From NCBI RefSeq assembly GCF_009914755.1, contig NC_060928.1: a stretch of 64,000 nt of DNA; one strand, given 5' to 3'. This stretch comes from the human T2T-CHM13v2.0 reference genome, Homo sapiens. This document shows, piece by piece, positions 38,285-50,573 of the stretch (the first letter of the stretch is position 1; each line of letters starts with the position of its first letter). The notes beneath the pieces were generated by a model. It was not told the origin of the DNA. It made no database searches and worked only from the letters and a program-made list of their open reading frames with translations. A program made the translations under genes and the position numbers.

Positions 38285-38860
38285 TGAAGCGGCTACACTG
38301 TCTGGGGTATATACCCTGGTTCTTTCTCATGGTTGAGAAAGAATTCAGGACAGAGACACATGTGGGTGGGTTAAGGAGTGGAAAGTTTAATAGAAGAAAT
38401 GAGAGAAGAGAGAAGCTCCTTGCATGAGAGAGAAACCTCTGAAAAAGTGGGAGGCTGTGAATCTCTGCAGATTTTAAAGGCAAGCTGGATAAGGCAGTAT
38501 CTGATTACACAGGGCTCACAGATTTGTTCCATCAGGCATGAAGTCTACATAGTGCTTGGGGAAGGCTGGTTGTCCTGCCCTAATCTTATTATGCAAGTGG
38601 ACTTTCCAGTTGATTGGTGCCATCTTGTCTGCTTCTTACTGTACACTTGGCTAACAAAGAGAAGGGAAGATGGAGCCGCCATCTTGAAAACGTCTAGTCC
38701 TTGGTTCCTGCCAGCATTCACTCATGCAAGCTCCCAGCTTGCAGGCTGCTCTTTGCTAAAAAATGATTTGGAGCTATTTTTCATTAAAAAGAAAGGCCTT
38801 ACCAAGTATTCCCATGCCCTTGCTGTCTGCCTAAGTAATTCCTTCTTAACTCCTATATCA
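38285..38860 (-). mobile_element. ERV1 solo LTR (LTR9/MER61 group, LTR9B-like)
   Basis: TG...CA ends with perfect 4-bp TSD tcta; minus strand begins tgatataggagttaagaag..attacttaggcaga; YY1-like gccgccatcttg. Confidence 0.85.
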
Positions 38861-38879
38861 TCTAGTTGTTTACACTCTC

Positions 38880-39275
38880 CATTCTTCTTTAATAATAGAG
38901 CAATTATTTTTAGCTGAGTGCATTACCTTCCCACTTCAACAGGGATTGTCTGTCCTGACCTCTCTAACAGCTGTGGTTGGATGGTAAGATAAGGCAGGGT
39001 ATGTATAACTTTCAGGAAATGGCTTTAACGAGAAGGTTCAAAACTTTATCTTGCTGTTGGAAAAGTGGATATTATGTTTAGGGCTTAAGGATTCCTTTTG
39101 CCTCAAATGTAGAGAATGATGGTGTCATTACATATAGGGAGTTAGCCGTTTGTGGTGATATAGTCTCCATTGCCAGTAGTGGAGTGCTCACCACCAAAAG
39201 TCTATGTTGAAAAGAAAGTAACTGCTCTCTCCCTCAGCCACTGTAACTTTAAGTGTTTTATGTTGGAAACTAAAA
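38880..39275 (+). mobile_element. Old MLT1 (J/K-like) LTR remnant
   Basis: 3' motif cagccactgtaactttaagtgttttatgttgg; highly diverged. Confidence 0.35.
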
Positions 39276-39528
39276 AAAAAAGTTTACAGAATTTTAAAAA
39301 GATGAGTAGGCCAAATTATAAGTTAGAGATGAAAATGATATATTATTAACATACATAAAAATAAAAATATTTTCAGAAAAAAAGTCGTTTACGAATGCAC
39401 TGAAATATTTTTGCAAAATTTAAAATTTCCTACAAAAAGTCAAAATTAATTAAAAAATTTAAACCCAAATTAACCAGTAATGATGATGATGATAGTGGTT
39501 ACACCAACTACTAATTCTAATAATAAGA

Positions 39529-39868
39529 TAGTCACATGTTGCTTAACAACAAGGATACGTTCTGAGAAATGCATCATTAGGAAATTTTGTTGTACAAACA
39601 CCATAGAGCATACTTAAATAATCTAGATGGTATAGCCTACTACGTACATAGGCTATATGGTTGAACCTATTACTTCTAGGCTAAAAAGCTGTTTGACATG
39701 TTACTGTACTGAATATTGTAAGCAACTGTAACGCAATGCTATTTGTGTACCTAAACATATATAAACATAGAAAGGATACAGTATAAATATGGTATTTTAA
39801 TCTTACGTGACCACTGTCATATATGGGGACTGTCATTGGCAGAAATGTCATTATGCGGCAAATGACTG
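39529..39868 (+). mobile_element. Tigger3a-like TcMar MITE
   Basis: (c)agtcacatgttgcttaacaac...gttctgagaaatgcatcattagg...gtcattatgcggcaaatgactg terminal inverted repeats, followed by a TA run. Confidence 0.9.
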
Positions 39869-39924
39869 TATATATATATATATTTTTCATAATAAGATAG
39901 TTTTTAGCCTTAAAAATTTACAAA

Positions 39925-40400
39925 ATCCTGGCATTTGTGACAATAAGTGAAATAAGCCAAACACAGAAAGACAAACACTATATGATTTCATTTATATGTG
40001 GAATCCAAAATAGTTAAATTCACATAAGCAAAGAGTAGAATAGTGGTTGCCAGAGTCTTTATGGGAGGGAGAAATGGGAAGATGTTGGCCAAGGGCTACA
40101 AAGTTTCAGTTATGCAAGATGCATAATTTCTGGGGATCTAATGCACAGCAATGTGACTATAGTTAACAACACCATTATATACTTGAAATTTGCTAAGAGT
40201 ATACATCTCAAATGTTCTCACTAAAAAACAAACAAAAATGAAAATAAAGGAAAAAATAATAAAGATGTGAGATGATAGATATTTTAAAGAGCTCAATTGT
40301 GGTAATTATTTCACAATGTATATCAAAATATCAAGTTGTACACCTTAAGTATATACTTTTTGGGGGTTAATTCTACTTCAATAAAGCCAGATAGAAAAAG
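39925..40400 (+). mobile_element. L1MA9/L1MB-like 3' end
   Basis: aagtgaaataagcca..cacagaaagacaaa...gagtagaatagtggttgccag...tacttgaaatttgctaagag...caataaagc. Confidence 0.88.
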
Positions 40401-40667
40401 AAATACCCATCATAAATATTTAAAAAATGATGTTACAAATATAGTTGAAGATACTAAAAGACAAGTGTATAGAAACTGATAAAACAGTATTTTATTACAG
40501 AAAGTTATGAGAGAAAAAAATCCAGGTGAAACAATAGACTGCTGCGAAATTATAGAAGTAGAGACTGTGCATAAAGATTTGCTTCAGGACATTTAGGAAA
40601 TACCCTTTTTAAAATGCCTATGCCACCTTTGCAGATCAACTGCTTTCAAAAGATATTTTTTGTTTAC

Positions 40668-40891
40668 TGTATTAGTCTGTTCTCACAGTGCTATATACAT
40701 TTTTTACCTGAGACTGGGTCATTTATGAAGAAAAGAGTTTTAACTGACTCACAGGTCTGCAGGCTTAACAGGAAGCATGACTATGAGACCTCAGGAAACT
40801 TATGATCATGGAGGAATGTGAAAGGGAAGCAAGCACATCTTACCATGGTGGAGATGAGATTTGGGTGGGGACACATAGTCAAACTATATTA
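40668..40891 (-). mobile_element. THE1D/MSTA-like MaLR LTR with internal deletion
   Basis: tgtattagtctgttctcac...cctcaggaaactta..atcatgg joined directly to gatgagatttgggtggggacaca; TSD tttac on both sides. Confidence 0.88.
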
Positions 40892-41733
40892 TTTACTTTT
40901 ACCATCAACATTATTTTAAACAATTATTTGCTAAGCTTTTTGGTAAGCACTTGCCATAGGCTGTCACAGTTAATTTTTCTAAGAACCTTACGTAGCCAAT
41001 TGCTAACATTTTGGCTATTTCACAAATAGAGAAACAGGTTTACAGGGCTTAAAATGCCTTACAGAAGGATAAACACCTAGAAATTTAGTAGAACAAGTAT
41101 TCTACATAAGAGCTCTTATTATGGTCCCTTAACTAGTAATTCAAAAGATATATTATGAAAGTTATAGTCAAATTGTTCACACATTTCAGCATGGGTAAAA
41201 TAACTTCATCTATGTAATTGCTGGCAAGATACTTACAACTCTACACTTGTTCATTAATCAATATATATTATGGTGTTGTAATGCTGTCTATGGAATTGCT
41301 GATTAAAACTAGTGACAAATTTTCTTTTTGGATTCTTCAGGAAATACTTTAGAAAATATTCTTAATTATTCACAAATGTTATTACTATTAAAGGTACATG
41401 GATATATTTGGCTACAAATAGTATCCATTTGAAAAATATATCTGGACTTTGAGTGATAGTGATGATGATCTCTCAGTTGCACACTTATCCATATACTCAT
41501 CCAGGTATATACATTGAATATGTACAGCTTTCTGTTTGTCACTCATACCTCAACAAAGTAGTTTTTTAAATGTCTGGAAAATGAAAACAGTTGTATACAA
41601 ATATGTATATGTATATATACATATATATCATTCCAGCAGAAATTTTAGTTTATTCTAACTAGTGAAGTGGAGATAGTTACTCAATCAATATAAGGGACAA
41701 ATTTGTAATTATCAAATTAGAATTGACTAACAT

Positions 41734-42245
41734 TGTGATGGTTAATTTTATGTGTCGACTTGACAGGGTTAAGGGATGCCCAGATAGCTGCTAAATCATT
41801 ATTTCTGGGTGTGTCTTTAAAGATGTTTCTGAAAAAGATCAGCATTTAAATCAGGAGATTATGAAAGAAGATCCTCTCCCACTAATGAGATTGTCCATCC
41901 TCGAATTCACTGAGGGCCCACACGGAACAAAAAGGCAGAGGAAGGGCACATTTGCCCTTTTCTTGAGCTGTCACATTCATCTTCGCCTGCCCTTGAACTT
42001 TGGAGTTCCTGGTTCTTAGACCTTCAGCCTGGGACTAAGAGTTACACTATTGACTCCCCTGGTTCTCAGGCCTTAAGACTCAGACAGAATTATAACACCA
42101 GCTTTCTTGATTCTCAGCTTGCAAAAAGCACATCGTAGGACTTTACAGCATCCATAATTGCATGAGCCAATTCCAATAATAAATTCCCTTTTATATATCT
42201 GTATACATTCTATTGATTCTGGTTCTCTGGAAAACTTTTATATAA
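41734..42245 (+). mobile_element. MLT2B/D-like ERVL solo LTR
   Basis: tgtgatggttaattttatgtgtc.acttgac...gggatgcccagatagctg; catgagccaattcc..taataaa; ctattgattctg. Confidence 0.9.
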
Positions 42246-42791
42246 ACCTGTATATTCCTCTATTATTCAACAATCAGCCAGCACTTTCCTCTAAAGATTC
42301 AGAGGAGTGTTTGAGCAATATCTGCTTTTACTACTCACTAGAAAGGCTTTGCCTCCCAATGAGGTACAAAATCAGTTTCAAAGCAGATGAAGGAGCCCTA
42401 ATTCCAGTGAGGGTGTCTTCCTGGCTTGGACATACGGTGCCTTCTTTCTATCTCCTCATGTTTCTATCCATTTCCTCTCAGTGCTCTGTTTCTCCATATT
42501 TATTTTGGAGTGGTTTCTGGACAGTCTAATACACCACAGTTTAATATTTTTCTCTTTATGGCTTATCTATAAGCACCTTCTTCCAAGAAACAGAAATTGG
42601 AATCTAGGTGTTCATTTCAACACCTAGGAATTTTAGTTGATCTGTCATTTTCCAACATACTTCTGAATTGTCTTTTTACCTTACATTGTATGTGAACAGC
42701 CTGTATGCAATTCGGTATCCTCTAGCTGCATGTTATTGTTTTCTTGGAATTTACAGATTTTTAAATTCAAAGTCATTTAGATACAACCTAT

Positions 42792-42945
42792 TATTTTTCA
42801 GCAAATATTTATACTGCCATTGTTTTGCTTTGTGGAAGGATGTAATTCCTATCCCTGTCAATGTTCGATATTTTTCAGCAAATATTTATACTGCCATTGT
42901 TTTGCTTTGTGGAAGGATGTAATTCCTATCCCTGTCAATGTTCGA
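42792..42945. repeat. Perfect 77-bp tandem duplication
   Basis: 42792-42868 is identical to 42869-42945. Confidence 0.98.
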
Positions 42946-43545
42946 CACACAGCTTGCTTTGGCTAAATGAATGTCATGGAAGTGACATATCTCATGTTCA
43001 AACAGAGAATTTACATATGCTTGGGGGTTGCCTTGAAGTCTTTTTTTTTCTTTTTTTTCTTTTTTTTTTTTTTTGAGATGGAGTCTCGCTCTGTCTGTTG
43101 CCCAGGCTGGAGTGCAGTGGCGCAATCTCAGCTCACTGCAAGCTCCGCCTCCCGGGTTCACGCCATGCCATTCTCCTGCCTCAGCCTCCTGAGTAGCTGG
43201 GACTACAGGCGCCCGCCACCACGCCCAGCTAATTTTTTTTTTTTGTATTTTTAGTGGAGACGGGGTTTCACCGTGTTAGCCAGGATGGTCTCGATCTCCT
43301 GACCTTGTGATCCTCCCCCCTCGGCCTTAAAATTGCTGAGATTACAGGCGTGAGCCACTGCACCCGGCCGCCTTGAACTCTTAAAGGCCTGTGATTCACC
43401 ATGAGAACAGCCCATGTCCCACATGGTCTGGCAAAAACACTGCCACTGACCTACAGATCATGAGCAAGAAATAAAGGTTTGTTGTTGAAAGACACTGAGG
43501 TTTTAAAGTTGCTTTCAATATAGCATCATTATTGTAAAATAGAAA
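42910..43545 (+). mobile_element. Old MLT1-like LTR (split by AluY)
   Basis: ttgctttggctaaatgaatg..atggaagtgaca; catgagcaagaaataaa...tgttgttgaaagacactgaggtttt. Confidence 0.6.
43043..43369 (-). mobile_element. AluY
   Basis: AluY diagnostics gcaagctccgcctcccgggttcacgcc and ttagccaggatggtctcgatc; CpG-rich; TSD gccttgaa(g/c)tctt. Confidence 0.97.
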
Positions 43546-46442
43546 CAGCAAGTCTCAGAGTATAAGAGATCCAGATATTTGTGATTTTATTCATAACAAC
43601 TTCTGTTACAACTAAGTGAACATCAGGTGAGTTACTGAAAAGCTCTCTGAACAGGAAAATTTTCGGTAAGGAGCAACTCATAAATGTAATGCCATAATTT
43701 ACATTTTTGCAAGATGCTACTTAGACAAAGGTTTTGGGGGTCAAGAAATGCATGCAGGTGTGCAATATGAGGGTTAGTGTTTCCCCTCTCAAATGTTACT
43801 TTCTGGTACTGTGACATTTGGCTTGGTCTTCCATATATGTACATAATTCTTTATTTAAATTTATCTCTTCAGACACTGTCCTTTCTAAAAATGCTAATTT
43901 TGGTTTAATTATTCGGAAGCACTTTATTTACCACTTTTTTTCCCCAAGGATTCCTTACCTTGGAAATATTATTTTTACTTCTTAAGACACTGTTTCTATT
44001 CATCCTCATGAAGCTAACTTCTATTATTATTCACAGTGCAGCAGAGGCAGCAACTCCTCAGGGAGGCCTTTCCTCTCTATTCTTATATAGATACCTTGTC
44101 TCAATAATATTCTCTCTTAAACCATTCTTCTTTCTCTCTTATTTGGCTAATAGCCCGTAGAGATAAGAGATTATGCCATATTTATCTGTACCTGCAATAT
44201 TGTAAGTCCTTACTAAATATGAATGTATGAGTTTTTTTTTCTGTGCTTTCTGAGAATCTCTAATTTGTTGGTGCTTTTGATTCTAGCCAGATTTTTCCAT
44301 TGTATAACACTGAAGTAAAGTAAGGTAGCTGTGTGTATCTAACTGAACTATCACATGCTATATATTTATTTATTTGCTTCCCAAAAGGATTTCTGGCAGA
44401 AGCTCAAATTAAGACACTGGAACAAGAAAATTAAAGAAATAAAATGATATACTGATTTAGAAAAACAAGCTAATTCATTTACGAATTGAATCTCAGGATT
44501 ACTTTTAAAATCCCTTGAAGCCACAGAACACATGGAAACAAAACATAGGTCTAAGCATAAAACAGGGGGTAACAAACAATATAATTAGAAGATTGCAATT
44601 TTCTAGATGATAAAGTCTAACAAGATTTTGTACTATAAATAATATAAACTAAAAAAATGAGTAACAATTCTTAAGACAAATTTCTAGAAAAAAATGTAAA
44701 TAGTCTTATCTGAACATTTCTTAATTAGGCCTTTGATAATAGCCAAAAACATAATATAAAGTTCAGCTATGCACTTACTACTACAGCCTGTGAAAACCTT
44801 GAGACCAGCATTCATGCTTCATTCATTTTTATTTACCTGAGACCAAGTACTACCCCACACAGTATAAGTAATGAATTTAACTATAACCTTTTGGCCTGTC
44901 AGCTAACAGTTAAGTGAATGTGATTTAGATAGAAAATGCCATATTATAAGTGTGTTATGTAACATATATGTTTAAAGTCTCCTCAAATATATAATTATAT
45001 AAAATCATTTTTACTTATTTCTTTCCAGTGTATTTTCAATGTATCAATACTCTGGAAAACAGATATTTAAAGTTTTAACATTTTGAATGAAAAGTACTTA
45101 TGCTCTAAAAAAAGCATGCAGATAATTAATTTGAGGTTATAGAATCAAAATAATATTTTTTACATCTCACAAAGTCATTTTCTAAATTAAAACTTTCTAT
45201 AGAATTTTACAGAAGTAATTTCTAGCCCAAAATTTCATTTTAAAATTTTTTAAAAATAATTTTTCAATAATTAAGCCAGTAATTAAGGTAATTGATGTAA
45301 AATAAGCAGAATATTTTAAATGCCATCATTAGAAAACAGTTTTTATCAAAATCAACAAAATGAACACTCACAATATTAAATTGATATAAATAGTATTCCA
45401 TATCAGGAGGCAAACAATTTAAATTTTGAGTTATATGCCTGAAAGCATAGAATACATTTTCTAGCATCAATCATAATAAATAATAAATTCTCAATTCATA
45501 CTTAGGTTTCTCAATGTCTTGTTGTTACATTACTTAATCAGTAAAGTATTATACCTTTAAACTTGATGTAGTTGTTTTATCTGGGTCTTTCAGAAAATCA
45601 GTCAAGTTATAATTTAAAAGGACAGTGAATAGTTTAAGCATTTTTGCAATTATTCCTGTCATGTCACATTAAAGAGAAAATATTTATGATTTTAGCATGT
45701 GTTATGATGCTCTAAGATTAGGGAAAGTATAAATGGATGTCTTTGGAAGTTCAGATTTTCATAAGTAATATAAAATTATTATTCAATTAATATAGATATC
45801 TACTTACCTTCCAATGTTGAACAGGCTCAGTTCACAGAGAATGAGTAAAAGCATATTTTCCACAATCAGACTCCTTTCTATTGTTCCAGCAACACGTCTG
45901 AGGAGAGCACCTAATTGATGAAAAAGCCAGATGGTGATACTTACTGTGAGAATTGAAGAAACCAAGAATCTTGGATTATGTTAACATGAACAGTAATGTT
46001 GATTAACCTTCATAAATTCCTCCAATTGTCTACGTGTATAAATGACAATAAAACAAAAGGACTGCCCTATTTGAAATATTGGCAAGTGAAATGATCACTC
46101 TGGAGAATACAGATCTTTGAAATCAATTATAATCTAAATTCCCAATTACTCTAATAAAAGGGAAATGAATTAGCAAGATCTGTATGTTATATAATTCTGA
46201 AGCTTCATCTTTATAATAGATGAATTGTAAATGTATTAGATCAAATTTTAAATTTGTACTAGATAAATTGATTGTGCTAGATCAAATTGTAAAGTTGATC
46301 ATTTATCTGATCCATCATTTATTCATGAAGTGCTGAAGTTGTTGTGCCTGGTAAAAATGAGTGTCAAATAAAAGTCTACCATGACTTCTGCATAAAACCT
46401 ACAGTAAGTACAGGAAGATTCTCAGTCAACAAAAACAACTAT

Positions 46443-46869
46443 AATTGAGCCTTGAGGTATAAGCTATGTCCACTTAATACTCCAATTTTCTTCTACCTCT
46501 TTCACCCCTGAAACAATAAGACCAACTACTCTTCCTCATTCACCTCAGCCTAGTGAACAGTAAGTCTATTATGATGGAAACCTTAATGATGATTCACTTC
46601 CACTTAATAAACAGTAAATATATTTTTTCTTCCTTTGATATTCTCAGTAGCATTTTCTATTCTTTAGCTTACTTTATTGTAAGAATACAGTGTATAATAC
46701 ATGAAACATATGAAACATGTTAATTGGCTGTCCATGTTACTGGTAAAGCTTCCAGTGAACAGTAGATTATTAGTAGTTAAGTTTTTGAGAAGTCAAAAGT
46801 CATATATAGATTTTTTTATTGTGCAGGGTGTCAGTTCCCCTAACCCCCGCATTATTCAGGAGTCAACTG
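46443..46869 (+). mobile_element. Tigger2a-like TcMar MITE
   Basis: ccacttccacttaat-like core, agcttactttattgtaagaatacag, ends cctaacccccgcattattcaggagtcaactg+ta. Confidence 0.85.
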
Positions 46870-47628
46870 TATATTGTAAAATTAAAATGGATAAGTCAGA
46901 GAATACACTTATTAACATGCAATGGAAGTTTAGGGTAGACAGCCATATTTATTTCTAGGAAAGTCAGCTATAAAAGGAATTTTAGTAATACACCTATACA
47001 TTCTGTCTTCCTTCAGAGATTAAGATGGTAGGATTTATGACTTAAGTATGTGATTCTGGAGACAGACTGAAAGCTCTATAGAGCATGCATAGATCTCTTT
47101 TGAAGTGATTAATATAAAGAGGTATCCTTTTTTGAAACATGGGAAAAGTCATAATTAATAACTATCCTAATGCTTCCTTGCCTTTTAAAAAAACATAAGA
47201 AGAAATTATAGGAAAAGGAAGGCAAGATAAAAGGATGTGATGATAATTTATTCTTTTCACAGAAAAGAATAAAGCAAACAAATTTAACCGAGATTCTAAA
47301 ACAAATTCTTAACAAACGCATATTGTAGCTTTTGCAGCTATTATAAGAGAATCAAGGTTGATTCAAGTAAGAACTGATGCAGTGGATCTGCAGAGATCCA
47401 CAATTTAAGGTCTTCATTCTGCGAAGTGAGAGTTAAGAGTCAATATACAAAAGCATTCAGCTTGTACCTCTGGACTTTTTTTTTTTTTTTTTAACTTATA
47501 AGGACATGAACACCAATCTGCTTCTAGGCATGCACAGCTGTTCACCTCTGTGAAGTCCAAAGCATTTCTATTAACAAAGCTCCACTTGAACTTCATTTTA
47601 TTTTCAAAGCAGAAGCATATTGAATGCT

Positions 47629-48021
47629 TGTATTAGTCCATTCATGCATCGCTATAAAGAAACTCCTGGGCCTGGGTAATTTATAAAGAAAACAGGTTTA
47701 ATTGGCTCATGATTCTGCAGGCTGTACAGGAAGCATGGCAGCATCTGCTTGGCTTCTGGGGAGACCTCAGGAAACTTACAATGACAAGAGAAGCAAAGGG
47801 TGAGTGAGCACTTCACATAGCCCAAGCAGGAGGAAGAGAGGGCAGAGGTACCACACACTTTCAAACAACTACCTCTCATGAGAACTCACTATCCTTATAA
47901 CAGCACTAAGGCGGGGGTGGCGTTAAACCATGAGAAATCGCCCCCATTATCCAATCACCTCCCACCAGGCCCTACCTCCAGCAATGGGGATTACAATTCA
48001 ATATGAAACCAAACCTTATCA
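47629..48021 (-). mobile_element. MSTA/MSTB-like MaLR solo LTR
   Basis: tgtattagtccatt...ctgcaggctgtacaggaagcatggc..catctgcttggcttctgg...aatcacctcccaccaggccc...aaaccttatca; TSD atgct/aggct. Confidence 0.92.
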
Positions 48022-48401
48022 AGGCTCTAGAATTGTTAGGATTTTGTGAACTGAATTAATCAAAATCAGTATTACTAGGCTAATAAATTACTTCACATTG
48101 TTTACAATGATGATATTTCTGGTAATTAATTAAACAATATTCTTATTTCATAGAACGAGGTAAAGAAGGAGCATGTCATACAAAGAGGAGTCTTTGCTCT
48201 TATCCAGAAGCATATATGAACCTTAATATTTAGGTTAGACAATGTGATTCATGCAGATATACTGACATACAGATATAGCAAGTTTTGTGGGGATGATTGA
48301 AGACGCAACCCTTTCTGTAACCATATGGCCGAATCGTCATGGAAGAAAGGTTTGTTTCACTTAGACAAAAACAAATCATTAAAATTAGGACTGAACTTTT
48401 G

Positions 48402-48716
48402 GGTCAGGTGGAGTGGCTCATGCCTATAATCTCAGCACATTGGGAGGCTGAGACAGGTGGAACACTTGCGGCCAGGAGTTCGGGACCAGCCTGGCCAATG
48501 TGGAGCAACCTTGTCTCTACTAAAAATGCAAAAAGAAAAAAAAATTAGTCAGGTGTGATGGCACATGCCTATAATCCCAGCTGCTCAGGAGGCTGAGGCA
48601 TGAGAATTGTTTGAACCTGGAGGTGGAAGTTGCAGTGAGCTGAGATCATTCCATTGCACTGCAGCCTGGGTGACAGAGTCAGACTGTCTCAAAAAAACAA
48701 AACAAAACAAAAAAAA
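48402..48716 (+). mobile_element. Alu (old AluJ/S-type)
   Basis: Full dimer, CpG-depleted, (caaaa)n tail. Confidence 0.95.
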
Positions 48717-49679
48717 CAGGCAACTTCAACTGTATAAAAATCTCAATTTCAGTCTTAATATCTGTATGCAAATGATAGACAGATATAGTTACAAAGATTA
48801 TCTATCATCATATATATCTATCTATTTGCATATATAGAGAGAAATGGCTAGATATAGATGTATTTATCTTACAGGTATTAGGCAAGAGCCCAAGTCAGTA
48901 AAATTCTTTTAACTTGAAAATTAAAACTCAACATCACAACTACTAACAGTGGCAATATTAATTTTAAAAGAATATGCTTGACATATCATCAAGTATTTAA
49001 AATTCCTTTTCTCTCTTTCTCTGAAGGAAGGAAAGCTGGTGCTGTGATTGCTACAGGTTAATACTTGCTTTTTATATTGATTTGATCTTAAATATTCATG
49101 CTTTACAATAAACCCACCAGCAGGCTTTGAATTTCTTATCTTATTTAAAGACCATTTGGAAGATTCTTCTACTTTCAATTTATTAAGGCTCAAAAATTGT
49201 TTTACTTCCCTCCACAACAAAAATTTATTATCACCTGAAACTTCAGAAAGTTGCTTATTGGCAGCCAGCTGATTTCATGGGAACATAATCTAACAACCTC
49301 ACCATACCTTTTAAGAAGCCAATGAGACAAGAGACTAATTATTCCAGTAGTCTTATTATTCTATCAAATGATCATGAAACTATGTGCCATCACATTCTAA
49401 AATTTAATTATAAATATAGTATTTAGTATTTTACTATCCTGCACACATTGCAAAATATTATGTATGCTTGCTTCACTTGTGAAAAGGAATATTTATACAC
49501 TACTTCAGCTGTCTAACTCCAAGTCAGATTTGAGTCTTCTCTCTAAAAAATTTAAAAATAATCCAGTACTTCTCATATTCCATATGACACAGATTCGTTT
49601 CTTAGCAGAGCAAAAGATTTCATGATAGGAGTAGAAAGCACTGGGAGAATGCAGAAGGCTCAAGGAATTAGAACAGAGT

Positions 49680-49900
49680 AGATAATAATGGCTAACACTA
49701 ATTTTGTGATTACTAAGTACTAAGTAAGCAAATTAGGCACTTCATGGGTATTATTGCATGTATCTTCATAATAAATGAATGAGGTCATCACCAATATATG
49801 CCCAATTACACATAAGTAATGGAGAATAAGCAACCACAAAGATTGCATATCTAGGTATTATTAAAGTTGATATTTTAATTTAATAATGTCTCAAAAGCCC
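49680..49900 (-). mobile_element. MIR SINE
   Basis: ataataatggctaacact...aggcacttcatgggtattatt antisense MIR motifs. Confidence 0.5.
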
Positions 49901-50158
49901 ACACTAATGCATTAATATATCATATTTACTCCTAAACATTTTGCAGCATCTGCTCAGGTATGTTTCTGTCTGAAATAATGGAAATAAAATTAGTTAACAC
50001 ATTGATTTTCTTAATATGCATTGGAACTTCTGCTAGGAACTTTATGTACACTACATCAGGTCCAATACACTATAAGCTATTTTAAAAAAGTAAATATATA
50101 TAATTTCGCCGTTCATTGGGTGACCAGGCAGTACGGCCAAGGTTAAAATACAGGTAAG

Positions 50159-50573
50159 TGTCACCAGGGAAAAGCCCAGCATGATTCAAGGTCACTGAAA
50201 CCAGACAACATGCACACCAGCCTCCAGTGGTAGAGAATTCACTTACAGCAAGATGAGAGAGAAAGTTTGCACAGGATCTAGTCCCTGGTGATCTGTGGGC
50301 ACCCTCACGGCCAGCAGGTTCATTCAGCTACCTTCATGACCCTTGTAGCTGCTCTCTCCACTTTGTACTGCAGTGGACGGACCCATACTTCGTGGGGCCT
50401 GAAATACAGAAACCTGGAGGCATGCCTGAGAGCCACTGATGCAGGTGCCTAAACAGAACAAAGGCATGTACTTCAAGCCCAGACCATGGAAAGATGTTCC
50501 CTCACAAACAGATGTGCCCATCCAGGCCCCAGGCCACTCTCAAGCAGCAGATCAGAGCACCAGAAGCTCCACA
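50159..50573 (-). mobile_element. Old ERVL-class LTR (MER76/MER74-group-like)
   Basis: GC-richer ~415-bp block bounded by tgtcac...ccaca; minus-strand gcctggggcctgga and tgcctttgttctg motifs; no clear TSD. Confidence 0.5.

Noticed and set aside
38378-38917. 179-aa ORF
   Set aside because: Lies antisense within an ERV1 LTR, has a GTG start and shows no recognisable domain.
42604-42627. 9-bp stem-loop ctaggtgtt-catttc-aacacctag (also gtggatct-gcag-agatccac near 47381)
   Set aside because: Stems this short are expected by chance in 64 kb; no RNA-gene features.
42792-42945. Repeat-spacer (CRISPR-like) array
   Set aside because: Two abutting copies with no spacers, in a primate genome with no cas genes.
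46236-46310. Degenerate tagatcaaatt repeats
   Set aside because: Short AT-rich low-complexity slippage; no regular period.
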